From Rhynchobatus australiae (Eukaryota): a DNA stretch of 64,000 nucleotides. The DNA lies in contig JAUZTB010000064.1 in NCBI GenBank assembly GCA_034780895.1, forward strand, positions 117,542,520 to 117,606,519. The letters run 5' to 3'. Positions 26,902-39,330 of this stretch are shown one piece after another (position 1 is the stretch's first letter; each line of letters opens with the position of its first letter). The translations under genes were made by a program, and so were the position numbers. Under the pieces are notes generated by a model. The model did not search any database and was not told where the DNA came from. It was given only the letters and a program-made list of their open reading frames with translations.

Positions 26902-28097
26902 CTANNNNNNNNNNNNNNNNNNNNNNNNNNNNNNNNNNNNNNNNNNNNNNNNNNNNNNNNNNNNNNNNNNNNNNNNNNNNNNNNNNNNNNNNNNNNNNNN
27001 NNNNTTAACTAGTTTGGATTACATTAGTAATTACTGGTAAATCAGTTCTCATCAGGAATTATGCAAGCAGTTGAATGAATTAACCCCTCCTTGCCAAATA
27101 TTAAATGGTCATGCAGCATAGTGAGTTAACAGTTGCTTGGTAATGTCAAAATCATAGTGTTTAAACTTAAACATTGACTATAGAAATAATTAGTGGTATT
27201 CATATGTTTCAAAGACAATTGGTTGTGTTAACTGTTCATTGATTGCAAATTTACAATAGAGCCGTCTCTCAGACTGATGTATATTCATATGACAATTTTT
27301 AAGTTATTGCCTTTTTTTTCTAGATTTCTCCACTAGATGAAAATGTTCTTTTGAATCTCTGTCATTTTAATCAACTCAATTAAGCTGCCCCTTATCTGTT
27401 GATGAGAGGCCAACAAACTGGGTCACCATGATACCTGTAGCCAATTCCACCATAATCTGCACTCATACAATTTTTTCATCAACAAATTCATCCCAAAATA
27501 CGCTATTGATGGAAAGCTCGTGCACCACAAGACCTTTAAATCCAGAACCTACCTTCTGAAGTTTTTCGAGGTTCTTTCATGGATTCAGTAGAGTTAGGGG
27601 CTTAGGTTCTCTGAGCATGAGTCCTGTCGGCTGTCAAGTCACAGGATTATTTTCTAACTCGAGGTATACTCCTATATCTGTATGCTTTAAAAGAAGTAGA
27701 AAAGCTCCCAAAGGCAGGTCCTGGGCTGTATAGCCCTTAAATGTCCTACAGTCAAAACAACATTAACACCCAATCTATAATTTCCCATCAGTGGTGTACT
27801 TTAGGATGCTTTTGTTCAAAGCAAGTTGATATGCAGTACATCTACATACTGCATTTATAACAGGATAGATTAATCTATGGCACAAAGAGAAATAAATGAC
27901 TATGATCTTATAGCTATTTCAGAAACATAGTTACAGAATTACCAATATTGGGAATTGCATTTCCCAGACTACCTGATCTTTCGATGAGAGAATCAGAATC
28001 CAGAAGAAAAAGGGGTATCCTTGATAATAAAGGATGGGATAGAGAGAAAGGAATCAAGAAGTAGAATTAGTTCGGGTGAAGCTAAAAAGACTTGGGT

Positions 28098-28431
28098 GGG
28101 CAGCACAGTGGTACAGCTAGTCGAGCTGCTGCCTCACTGCGCCAGAGATACAGGTTCAATTGCGTGCTGTCTATGAAGAGGTTGCATGTTATCCCTGTGA
28201 TTTTGTGGATTTTCTCCAGGTGCTCCAGTTTCTTCCCACACCTCAAAGATGTGCCACTTGGTAGGTTAATTGGCTTAATTGGCCCAACTGTAAATTGTCC
28301 CAACTGTGCAGGTGAGTGGTAGAATCTGGGAAAATAACAAATAGGATTAGTGTAAATGGGTGATTGATGGTCAATGCAGAGTCAGTGGGCCAATAGGCCT
28401 GTTTCCATGCCGTATCTGTGACTGTGACTAT
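28098..28431 (+). mobile_element. HE1-like V-SINE with CR1-type tail
   Basis: tRNA head ggcagcacagtggtacagctagt, B-box-like ggttcaatt, V domain ccaggtgctccagtttcttcccaca, tail gggccaataggcctgtttccatgc. Confidence 0.85.
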
Positions 28432-28503
28432 GCAGATCAAGAAAATAATAGTGGGAATTATCTTTCGGCCCCGAAACAGTAGTGGTAGTATAGCATAGGG
28501 TAG

Positions 28504-28756
28504 TTAAGCAACTTACCTTTCACAAACCGCCTCCCACAATCATGAGCGTCATCGGAGGCCCCGATACAAGATGGTGCGGGGCACTCCTTCTTCGTTGGGC
28601 TAGGGGAGCCCGCGCGCAGGAAGGTCACGTGATCCACGCATGACGTCAGCGCGGGAACTGTGTTTATTAAAGGGGCAGCGCACCCCGGTCGTTCATTCGA
28701 CTCTTTGACTTCAAACAAGTGTCTCGTGTCTTTATTCAGCATAGCTAGCCGCTACA
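28504..28756 (+). mobile_element. Solo LTR, copy 2 (same family and orientation as 26652)
   Basis: Colinear with copy 1 over its whole length; ends CGCTACA followed by CTAT; 5' terminus decayed (TTAAGCA). Confidence 0.8.
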
Positions 28757-29199
28757 CTATATAATAAAATCTATGCTGTGCAGTTTTTGACCAGGTAACT
28801 TCCTGACATTTTTTTTGCCCATCATGACTTAATTAAACTGGTCAGGCCTCTTGGTTGAACTAATGTGACTACTGCCCCTTTTATTTTGTTGTTCCATTAT
28901 TGGCAACCATGTCGTCAGTTGCCTAGACTCTAAATTCTGGAATTCCTTCCCCAAATTTCTCCAGATGTACTTCACTTTATCTTCCTTTTTAAAATCTTCC
29001 TTAAAATCTATCCTTAAATCTTGTGGCTCATGTCAAACTTTGTTTGATAATCATTGCCATGAGATGTTTTAATATTAACAGCAGTATATTGATACTATTT
29101 GCTATTTGTTATAGCCCAGCTAATCGTACAACAATTATACAACTGTAGAGAAGGTTAAGGAGAGATTTAATAGCAGTAATTTTAAGGGGTTTTGGCATG

Positions 29200-29335
29200 T
29201 AAAGCACTCGCACAATGCTGGAGGAACTCAGCAGGTCAGGCAGGAGGTATCTATGGAGGGAAATAAACAGTCGACGTTTTGCGTCAAGACCCTTCATCAA
29301 GACTGGAAAGGAAGAGGGCAGAAGCCAGAATAAAA
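29200..29335 (-). repeat. Penelope-like tail with a near-consensus minimal hammerhead remnant
   Basis: - strand 29305->29268: CAGTC TTGATGA AGGGTCTTGACGC AAAAC GTC GACTG. Confidence 0.75.
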
Positions 29336-30258
29336 AGATCTCCATTTGGCATGGAAAGCCTTTTCCACTGCCTGAAGATCCTGGTAAGAGGACCCAGATG
29401 TAATTGACAAAAGGATCAGAAGGGAGACTGAGGCATTTTTGTTTCTGCAGCAAGTTGTTATGATATGGAAAACATTGCCTGAAAGGGTAGTGGAAGCAGA
29501 TTCAATCGTAACTTTCAATGTGGATTTGGATATATAGAGCAGAGACTTATAATGCTGCTAAACATAGTGACAAAAGAAATTCTATTGCATTATTCATCAC
29601 CTAGTTCTGTCCCAGTCAGTCTATTTGGTCCACATAGCCCAGAGAAGAAAACACTTTGTCTTGTATACGCCAGCTGAGTTGTTCTGTCCACCAGCCGTCA
29701 GAAAAGATTACTACCTAGCTGGGTTTCAAGTCCTTTGAAGGTCAGTCATGGTTCATTGTTTACCGCATTATTCCTGAAGCCGGGAAGCACCATAAAGCTT
29801 GTGTTTGCATGCAAAATATTATCCCTAATTAGACATAGAATGTAGAAATCCAAACATTTTGTATTATTGTCTAAAACTTAGTGATATTTAATTTTATTAG
29901 AATAAAGAATGTGTTCTTAGTATATGTACAGTATATGTTTGAGCAGACCACATTTTCACAGGAATGCTTCTGTGACAAGTAAGATTGAATTTGACAATAT
30001 GTTGCTAGTCTGTTGGATGTTTACAATTTTTGTGTGAGCACTGATCATTCCACTTAGTACTGGACAAAATGATCATGTTATTTGTGTATAAATGGATACA
30101 AAACATTTTTTTTGGAAGATTTCTGCAGCCAAAGTATGCTTGAAAAGAATATACAGGAAGTTGTACCTGTCACATTCATTTGCAAACATACAACTAAAAG
30201 CAAAATACTACTGAGAATTTATTTTACTTTGAGTTAGGAGTATTCATTTATGTTTCAG

Positions 30259-30370
30259 CCCTCTAGATGGTTCAAGCAAAGTGGGGACCATAGTGGTCAG
30301 CAACCTTAAAATGGGAGAAAATGAGAATGAAGAAACAGACCAAGCTCCTTCTGAAGCAGTGAGAGAAAAG
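30259..30370 (+). CDS. INPP4B: INPP4B-like internal coding exon (end of C2 domain/linker), 112 nt, phase 2->0
   Basis: Acceptor tttatgtttcAG, donor AAG|GTAAAT. Translates (x)PLDGSSKVGTIVVSNLKMGENENEETDQAPSEAVREK, matching recalled human INPP4B [37 protein letters not shown]. Confidence 0.9.
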
Positions 30371-32399
30371 GTAAATGTGTGTTTGGACAGTGGAATTTTT
30401 TATGATTTCTATTAATGTTTATTGAAATCTAGCATTAAATTTGTCTATTCATTAATGAAATCATTCCCTGCTTTCTAACTACACTTAATTACTCTGTTAA
30501 TACTGTATATTTATTAAAAAAAGGAATGTAAGAGTTTGCAAAATAAATCCACTCTAAAATATTTTAGTTTATTCTGTTATTAAAATCCTTTATAAGCTTT
30601 CAAAAAATATTGCCCATTTACAGCAACAAATCATTGACACACAGAAAAAAAATCTCTGTAATATGTATGAAGCCTTTCATATCTCAAGTAACACTTCCTG
30701 TAGTATTTTCCTTTCACGTTTTATGAACATGCTATTCCAGCTCATTATTTGCATCACACCTGTCTGTCATTTTTTATCATCATGAATAAGCTTAGGTATT
30801 CACTTCATTTATCTTTTATTTATCTCTTAAGATTTGTCCTTAATGTTGCTCACATCATCGAGATTTCTCTTCTTATTACTGATGGATGAGGGGGAATAGA
30901 GCAGTGTAGAGAAGTTCAATGGATTTCCTCACCTGAGGGGGGGAAAATATGTTATTTAAAGTAAAGTTCTTCATCCAATATTTATTCATGTTTTCCCCCC
31001 TCTCCCCTCGCTCGTCCTCTCTGCTGTGGGAGGACCCTGGCTGCTGAAGATGCCTTTGCTGTTTATCTTCTGTGAGGTCGAGTCTGGGGCTGCGCAAGGG
31101 GCAGGCATCCTGATGTAAACCAAAGTGCAGAGAATAAGCCATCGGCATGACCAGTGTGAACAAGCCCTTCCNNNNNNNNNNNNNNNNNNNNNNNNNNNNN
31201 NNNNNNNNNNNNNNNNNNNNNNNNNNNNNNNNNNNNNNNNNNNNNNNNNNNNNNNNNNNNNNNNNNNNNNNCTAATTGCTAGTCCACTGTCATCAGGTCT
31301 TCAAGAAAACTCTCACTTCCCAATAGTCCTGATCATTAATCATTTCTCCAAGAGCTTTTACTGTTGTTTGTGCCTGATTCTGCATCTCAGTGTTGCTCCA
31401 ATAGTATCTTTTATCTTTCGGTCACAATTCCCCCGATCAACCTATCTAATCTATAGGTCCTGAAAAATCCTCAGCTCTTCTATCCATGGTTCTTGCAACT
31501 NNNNNNNNNNATTAGCTGCATCCTAGTCACTTCAAATTTATCCTCTGTGCAATAAAGCTCAAAATTCCCTTTGTCTTTCTAGTTATTGTCCTTGTATGCT
31601 TATTCCATCTTTTACTTACAAGGAGATTGAGATCCCTCTGTATGGTATCATTCTGTGGCTTCTCTCCAGTTAAACAATATTCTGCAAATTTGGCTGCAAT
31701 ATGTTTCATTCTTTCCTCTTGGTTTCCTCTTGGTTTTAAATCTTTGAGGTCCCAGTAATGACCCCTCCAGCTCCCCACTGATTATAGCATGTCAAACCAA
31801 AAAAAGACCCATTTGATCCAGATACAGTTTATCATTGCTTAGTCATTCCTCCACCCTTGCTAATGTATTGTTGGAAAATCAACAGCTCTTCCCTTGTACA
31901 GTAAGTTGTAATTTGACTTTTACACTACTCTGGCTATCCCCTGACTGCTGATCCCGTACCCCTTGACACCACCTTGCACCTTCTGCTGACCACCCTGGAT
32001 CCATTGACTCCTAACGGATCAGCAATAGTGCACTGATTTTCTGCTTCTGTTAACTTGGCACAAATTAGCTGTTTCTTCAGAACATTGGCCAGGTCACTGG
32101 TTTTTGATATTGATAAATCAATTGGAAAAAATTATAGTGAGATGCCAAAAACACCTGTATGCAGTCATGTATTATTATTACCATTGTTTTTCTCTGATTA
32201 GTCGGCAGTCATAAGAAAAGCATTGAATCTTCTGGAAATGGTTGACTGATGTTGCATTTGATATTGAAAGTCGAAACAAAAAGATTTGGAACAGGAACCC
32301 GTCACCTTTCTTTTGTCTGGCTCCATTCATTCTCACACTGAATAACTACTTCCTGCACTTGTAGAGAAAAAACTGAATTACCTTTTACTGCTAGTTTCC

Positions 32400-33690
32400 A
32401 CCCTGCTTTCACCATAACGTGGTCCATACCTAACTCTGCCCTCTGCCCGTATCTCTCAGGAGGATAGGTTAGTGACTGGTATCCCTGAAAACCCCACTGG
32501 CTCCCTCAGCTATCATGACTATATCTCCTCCTTTTCTCCTTCCTGTAATAACTCCATTCTATTCTCCAGTTTCTCCATTTTTGTCATATCTTTTTGGATG
32601 ATGACTTTCCACAAGTTCGTTTAAGATGTCTTCCATAAACATAGCTTTCCCTCTGCCGTAATTGACAGTACTCCCAACTGCCTCACCACTACTTCCTGCA
32701 TCTTTGCTCTCGCCCTTTTCTCCTTCCAGAGCAAGGATAGAGTTCCTCGTCTCCTTGCCTTCCACCCCACCAGCCTCAACATTCAACATATCATCTTCCA
32801 TAATTCTGCCAGCATCAATGGGATTCCACCACTATATGCATCGTCCTTTCTCCTCTCCATTCTGCATTCGAAAAGCACTCTTCCCTCTGTGACTCCTCAA
32901 TCCACTCTTCCATGTTCAGTAACCAATCCTTTTCTCATGGAAGTGAGTGAAACACAACTGCCCTTTTATCTCTTTCTTTCCCACTATCCACGGACTCAAA
33001 CTGTCCTTCCAAGTGAAGCAGTAAGTCACATCCATTCCTATTATAGTGTGTTGTTTTCAGTGCTCACAATGCCGTCTCCTCTATTAGGCAGATTGGGTGA
33101 TTACTCTGCAGAATTCTGCTCATTCCGCAAGACCATCCCTGAGCTTCCAGTTGCCTGTCACTTTAATTCTCATTCCCACTCTGACCTCTTTTCAGATTCC
33201 TACACTGCCCCATTGATGCCCATTGTCAGCTTGAGACTGACACCTCATCTCGCATCTCGCCAGGTTGCAACCNNNNNNNNNNNNNNNNNNNNNNNNNNNN
33301 NNNNNNNNNNNNNNNNNNNNNNNNNNNNNNNNNNNNNNNNNNNNNNNNNNNNNNNNNNNNNNNNNNNNNNNNGGGCTTGATTAACTTGAGACAATCGGTC
33401 CTTCTTAATCTCTGCACAAATGTGGCTGTACTCTTCTGTTTCAATTTGTTTCTTTTTTTTTCTCCACTCTCTCTAACTACCAATTTTTAAAGTAAATTGT
33501 TGCTTTAACAAATTTGGAGCATTCCGTATCACAGACTTTCTCTCTGCCCCTCCCTCTCTCCACAACTTAACCTACACTTTGTTTTGAAGGGTCCTTGATG
33601 TGAAATGTTAACAGTTTCTCTCCCAACCGCTGATCTTCCAACATCTTCTATTTTCATTTTGGATTTTCAGTATCTGCAGATTTTCCTCCA
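32400..33690 (+). mobile_element. Decayed Penelope-like element (RT thumb, GIY-YIG, tail), gapped
   Basis: Remnants of KPT.S.SY.DY.SS..SC.NSI..SQFL, plus ELPVACHFNSHSHSDL and tail sequence at about 33520-33685. Confidence 0.75.
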
Positions 33691-34928
33691 AACAACATTT
33701 GCCAAACCAAGTTGATGAGGGAGAATTGAATTTCACTTTCTGCTGCACTGAAACACAGTCAGGTTTCAACAGCAGTTTTTGTGTGTTCTCTTGCTGGAGA
33801 CCAACCCCTTTGGTGTGGCAAGAAACTGATGTGGGATTGTCATTTCCTAGAGATGGGTGATGATTCATTTATTGTTTTTTCACTTTCCAGATGGCTGAAT
33901 GTCGGGGGGGAGGGGGGTGGCAGGGTGGCGGGGTACTTGTCAGTAGTCTGACAGTCATTGAGAGAGAAAGCTTCTGTAAAGTATTCACCAAGACGACAAT
34001 GTTTGTATCAGGGCAGCTGAAGGATTCAGTTATAAATTATAGTGATGTGAGCTTATANNNNNNNNNNNNNNNNNNNNNNNNNNNNNNNNNNNNNNNNNNN
34101 NNNNNNNNNNNNNNNNNNNNNNNNNNNNNNNNNNNNNNNNNNNNNNNNNNNNNNNNNAAATTATAGTGATGGGAGCTTATAGTGCACTTGCTAACCCATG
34201 TGGAAGATTGTATTTTAAAAATGTATATCTAGAAAAAAAACACAAGTGATGAACTACTACACATTGTTAAACTGAAGTGTCTAATTAACAACCTTTGAAG
34301 GCAAATGTCTTAAATACCAATTATTTGCTAGATAGGTAGAGCAGAGCCATAAAATATAACTACTCCCTTTTCAGCAAGTGAAGAAATGGGACTGATGGGA
34401 ATGCTCTGAGGGCCAGCGAAGATTCAATGGGCCAAATGACCTCCTATGTTGCCAGCAAATATAAAGATAATAATATAAATGCATACGCAGAAGAATCTAT
34501 TTCTTTAGTATTTTAGTTGCATGTCAAATGTAATGAAATATGTGGCTAAATCTCATCAATTCTGCTGGCATTAGATAAAAATATTATAATCATCTGACAT
34601 ATTAATTGGAAGAACCTTTAAAACATTTTAATGGTAAATAGAATGAAAAGAAATCAAAATGTTTATTTAATTGTTTTTGGATCGTGCACTAAAACTGTCA
34701 TGATTGAAAGTAAATTTGTTAAAAGACCAGAGGTAACTTCAGGTGGTATCCAGACCTGCCTGCTGTTTATATCCTGAGCAATTTTCTCTTTATGTGTATT
34801 AAGGCCTGGACTGAAATAGTGAATATGGCAATGTCATAAAAGTGCGGAAAGCATTCATTCAACTAATTGTCAATCAAAATTTGTTTTGAACAACTTTAAT
34901 GAGTTTTGTGTATTCTCTTCTTTACCAG

Positions 34929-34982
34929 TCAGCATTATATGGGAGTGTTTTGCACAGGACTGTAAATGATGCTGGAAACTTC
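34929..34982 (+). CDS. INPP4B: INPP4B-like exon, 5' part only (3' end and donor lost in N gap 34983-35082)
   Basis: Polypyrimidine acceptor ttctcttctttacCAG. Phase-0 start as required by the previous exon. SALYGSVLHRTVNDAGNF sits where INPP4B has CALVCE...KDNLPF. Similarity is modest. Confidence 0.7.
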
Positions 34983-37900
34983 NNNNNNNNNNNNNNNNNN
35001 NNNNNNNNNNNNNNNNNNNNNNNNNNNNNNNNNNNNNNNNNNNNNNNNNNNNNNNNNNNNNNNNNNNNNNNNNNNNNNNNNNGGGCTACATAATAGACTG
35101 TGCACGTCTAAGTAATCCATTAAAGCAGAAACACTGAGGAAAGTATTAAGGTGTCACAAAAGTGCAAGCCTTTGTGTTAAACTTTAAAAAAGACACATTG
35201 AGATCAAAGCACAAAGTGATCATCCATGAATAGGCATTAGTGACACTTTGAACGGTTAAGTGTTGAAACCATGGTCCAATATTAGAAGTGAGACATGATA
35301 TTTGACATGTTGGGATTTCCTGGATCAAAATGATTGTAATAACAATCAGGAACGCATCTCCACTTATAATATGGGATTCAATAGGAGTGAAGGTTTCACA
35401 TTACCTTTACTTTTGTGTCCATGAATTTGACCCTAGAATCTCTTTGCTTTTTCAATCAGAATTTACTTTTCCTAACCCATTTCTCAAATTTTCAAATCTT
35501 CCTAAATTTGTGTTCAGGTATGTTTTTTCTTTACTTGTCTTAGCTATAATTAACATGTACAAATCACATATATGGTCTCTGTCATAATGAATGTTCCTGC
35601 CCATGTTTTGCAAATATCCTCGTCTGAAAAAGGGACAACTCTCTTTATATCTTAGAAAAACAATTTAGGAAGTTTCTTTCTTTCTGTCAACCTACTATTA
35701 GTGACAATTCTGTGTTATCTTGCTTGGGACCAAACAAGTTGGTCTCCCTAATTTGTTGGCCTCCATCAGAAGTGACATTGCTGCATTTTTTTTTGCTGAA
35801 ATATCCATTGTGATAATGCAGGGTATGGTATCAAAGTGGTTAAGTTACTCGACAAGTGTGTAGAGGCTTAAACAAGTGATCCAACCTCATGAGTTAAAAT
35901 CCCACCAGTTGAAGAATTTCAATGCAGATGATTAAGATAAATACAGATAAGTCTGGAATTGAAATTTTGAAATCAGTGATAAGAAATGGACGATATATGA
36001 AAACAAATTAAAGCAAACATCATTCCTCTTTTGAAACTTCAGACATCAGCAGAAAAATAGCAAGGGGTGAAAACAAAATCAATTCTTCTCATCGCAGATG
36101 CTGCCTGACCTGTTGAGTGTATTAGTTCAGGTTTCTAGCATCTTCAGTAATTTACTTTTGGTGGAAATAAACACTCCCTTTAACTTGTGCTATTTAGAAG
36201 GTCTTCATCCAATGGATAGATTTTCCTCTTTAATCAGAACAACTTCCACTGTTTGCGATCAAATAATTGCATTTATTTTTGTGCCAGAGTAGATTCTAGG
36301 CATAGGTTATGGTCTGTCATGTGCTTAGAATGCAGCTGGAGCCTCAGGAATTGGCCCACATTACTGTTAAGGGAGAGCAGCAGCCAGAAAGCCTCAAATA
36401 TCTGGGGATAGATTTGATGAATTTTAAGTTACTATGTAGGTGGCTGTCTTTTTGAGCTAGTTTTAGTTATGCTATTATGTGCTGATTGTCACAGCCACAA
36501 AAAGAAGGAGATGATGCTTGAACAGATTTGGATTTTGTGTGTTTGTTAAGAATCAAAATGTATTAATGCAGTCTCTTTCTTGGAAGCATTTCTGAATTCG
36601 TTGACTATGTCAGCCTGCTTGTTAAGATTTGATTTTCAGTTCAGCAGGAGGTTCAGATTTCCCAGTGATGCAGGAAGCCATCTTGTCGTGCTCTCTCATC
36701 AGAGGCTGCTTTGTTTCTGCTCAACTTGGTCAATACTTCCTGCAAATTGGCACAGCATTCTCTGACAGGTGTCATTTTTATAAATGTGACTTGATTTTTG
36801 GATTGCCTCAACTTGGTTTGACCAGATGCGAGTCTGCAGGATAAGGTTCTTCTACAATTTTGAACTGATTGGGATAGTTAATTCAAAGTGCTCCTGAGGA
36901 ATAAGCTACGTAAGGAATGGAAAGATAAGTTATACAATGAAAGTATCCCTTGAGGATGACTCAGAAAATTCATTGCACGGAGAATCTTGAATTTTCCTGA
37001 GCTTGTATTATATTGACCAAAAAGTGTTTATTACCGGTAGTTATTGCAGAGTCAGAAAATTATCTGGAGATGGAATTCACCTGTTTAGGCAGATAAATTA
37101 CTTGGTTCATGGTGAGCCAGTGAATATTTAATTTGAGGACACACTATTGTGGGACTCGCAGTTATGCCCAGAGTAGATATGAGTTTGTATTGTTGTAGGA
37201 AGTGTTGGAACAAGTGGAGGGTTTGGGACCAGAGGATCAGTTGGGGCCAGGACAGAGAATGAGGTCATGCCAAAATCAGGGCCTGTGTGTAACAGTAGGT
37301 TCTTAGTTTCCCATTCAGTTTTATTTTTCATCGAAATTGAATTGTGTAGCACACAAAATAGGGTTACCATACAATTCAATTTCTATATAATTATACATTC
37401 CTATACTTGTTAATTTAAAAATTTAATATACATCAATATTTTAAGATTAGTATCTGTTGGAGAAATGTTAAATTCTATGTTTAATCAATAATTCATTCAC
37501 ATTATTAAGGCTTGGTGGTTTTGTTAATAAAGTCACCAGACTGCTGCCCATGAAGTTGAAGTCACTTCTTACAGTTCTAGTTTACAAAGAACTATTTTCT
37601 CACTTAACCTTGCTATTGAAAGACAAAGATTTATAACCATATATTAGTCAATATAACTTCAGCATTAATAATTGGGGGAAAAAAATCAGGTCAATCTCAT
37701 GATATGTCATTATGGTCTTATGAAATTAGGTATGAAGTTTGCTAACCATTTGCATTCATTTCTCAGTAGAAAATTGCAATTTTAATTATTGTGAATTAAT
37801 ATTTTTGTATGTCAATTAAGGATTAACAACAGGTTTGGTATTTCAGTGAGATGAGTGTTTAATTTAACTTGGGTCTTCCTAATAAAGAATTTTGCTTAAA

Positions 37901-38764
37901 AAGTGTTGTTTGCTTTTCCTAACCTTTTCTCTTATATCAACAATTTAATTACTGCAGAGAAGCAAGTCAATGAACAAACATCATCATTATTTCATTGAAC
38001 TGAGAAGTAAGAGGGACTGATTTTCTAAGTCGTTGAATACTTTGGAGGCAAAATATATGATCACAGCACATTATACAATATAGCAGCAACAATGTGGTGT
38101 GATCATTAGGTAGTGGAATTGAAGAGTGTGATAATCTACAAAGTGGAATTGATTTATTGCATGGTGTGCATATTCACATTTCCTGATTATGCATGGGTGA
38201 ATACGCTATGTGATATGTTACTAAACCAGAGGTGAAATATAACTTGTTCACTTGCTGGTTTGCACTGAGTTAGCTGAGCTCAGCTGGAACAAAACTCCTA
38301 TTTCTGGACAAAGAAAAGGAAGCCTTAATGGTACTTCCTAGTTTGGTAAATATTTAATGTTATCCATTGAAAAACACCTGTATGAATACTATTTTAGATC
38401 AGGATCAGACTTGCCTCTATCTCCATTCCTTTGTAAGAGTGGGTGAAATAGCTGAAGACCATTGTTTAGTACAATCACCAATGTGTTTCAGTTGAGAATG
38501 GATTTCCATCGAGAGTGTGAGATTGATAAATTTGCCCTTGCATTCCAGCAATATCACAGCTTTCCGGAGGTAAGAGAGCAAGGCAGTCTTAGTGTTTACT
38601 GTGATCGCAATTGTATATTTATTTATTACAACCAGCTATTGGAGACATTATTGCAGATGCACATTATTATGTGAAGTTATCTAATTTTTGTGAACAACTA
38701 CATCAGCTTTGTGCCATTATTGGTGCATGGAAATACACCTACCCAAACCCTCAAATGAGCCTTA

Positions 38765-39330
38765 AGTCAAATCAACATAGAACTTTCACAGTAAATGGCA
38801 GGGTCCCAGAGAGTCTTGTAGAACAGAGGGACCTTGGAGTTCAGGTGCGTGGTTCCTGAAAGTGGAGTCATAGGTAGGCAGGATGGTGAAGAAGGCTTTT
38901 TTTTAATCATTCAGAGCATTGAGGATAGAAGTTGGGATGTTATGTTGCAGTTGTACAGAACACTGGTGAGGCTGCACTTAGAGTATTGTGTTCAGTTTTG
39001 GTCATGCTGTTATAGAAAAGATGTTACTAAACTAGAAAGAGTTCAGAAAAGATCTACAAGGATGTTGCCAATACTTAAGGGACTGAGTTATAGGGCGAGG
39101 TTGGACAGGCTAAGACTATATTCCTTAGAGCATAGGAGACCGAGAGGTGATCTTACAGAAGTGTATGAAATTGTGATGGGCATAGATAGGGTGAATGCAC
39201 TCAGTCTTTTTCCCAGAGTTGGGTAATCAAGAACTGGAGGGCATAGGTTTAAGGTGAGAAGGGAAAGATTTAATAGGAACTTGAGGGGCAACTTTTTATT
39301 ACACAGAGGGTGGTTCGTATCGGCAACTTT
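38765..39330 (+). mobile_element. CR1 LINE ORF2 3' fragment
   Basis: EQRDLGVQV...MLQLYRTLVRLHLEYCVQFWS..YRKDVTKLERVQKRSTRMLP.LKGLSY..RLDRLRLYSLE. Confidence 0.92.

Noticed and set aside
26670-28742. ORFs 26670-27008 and 28458-28742
   Set aside because: Incidental frames across the GC-rich non-coding LTR copies.
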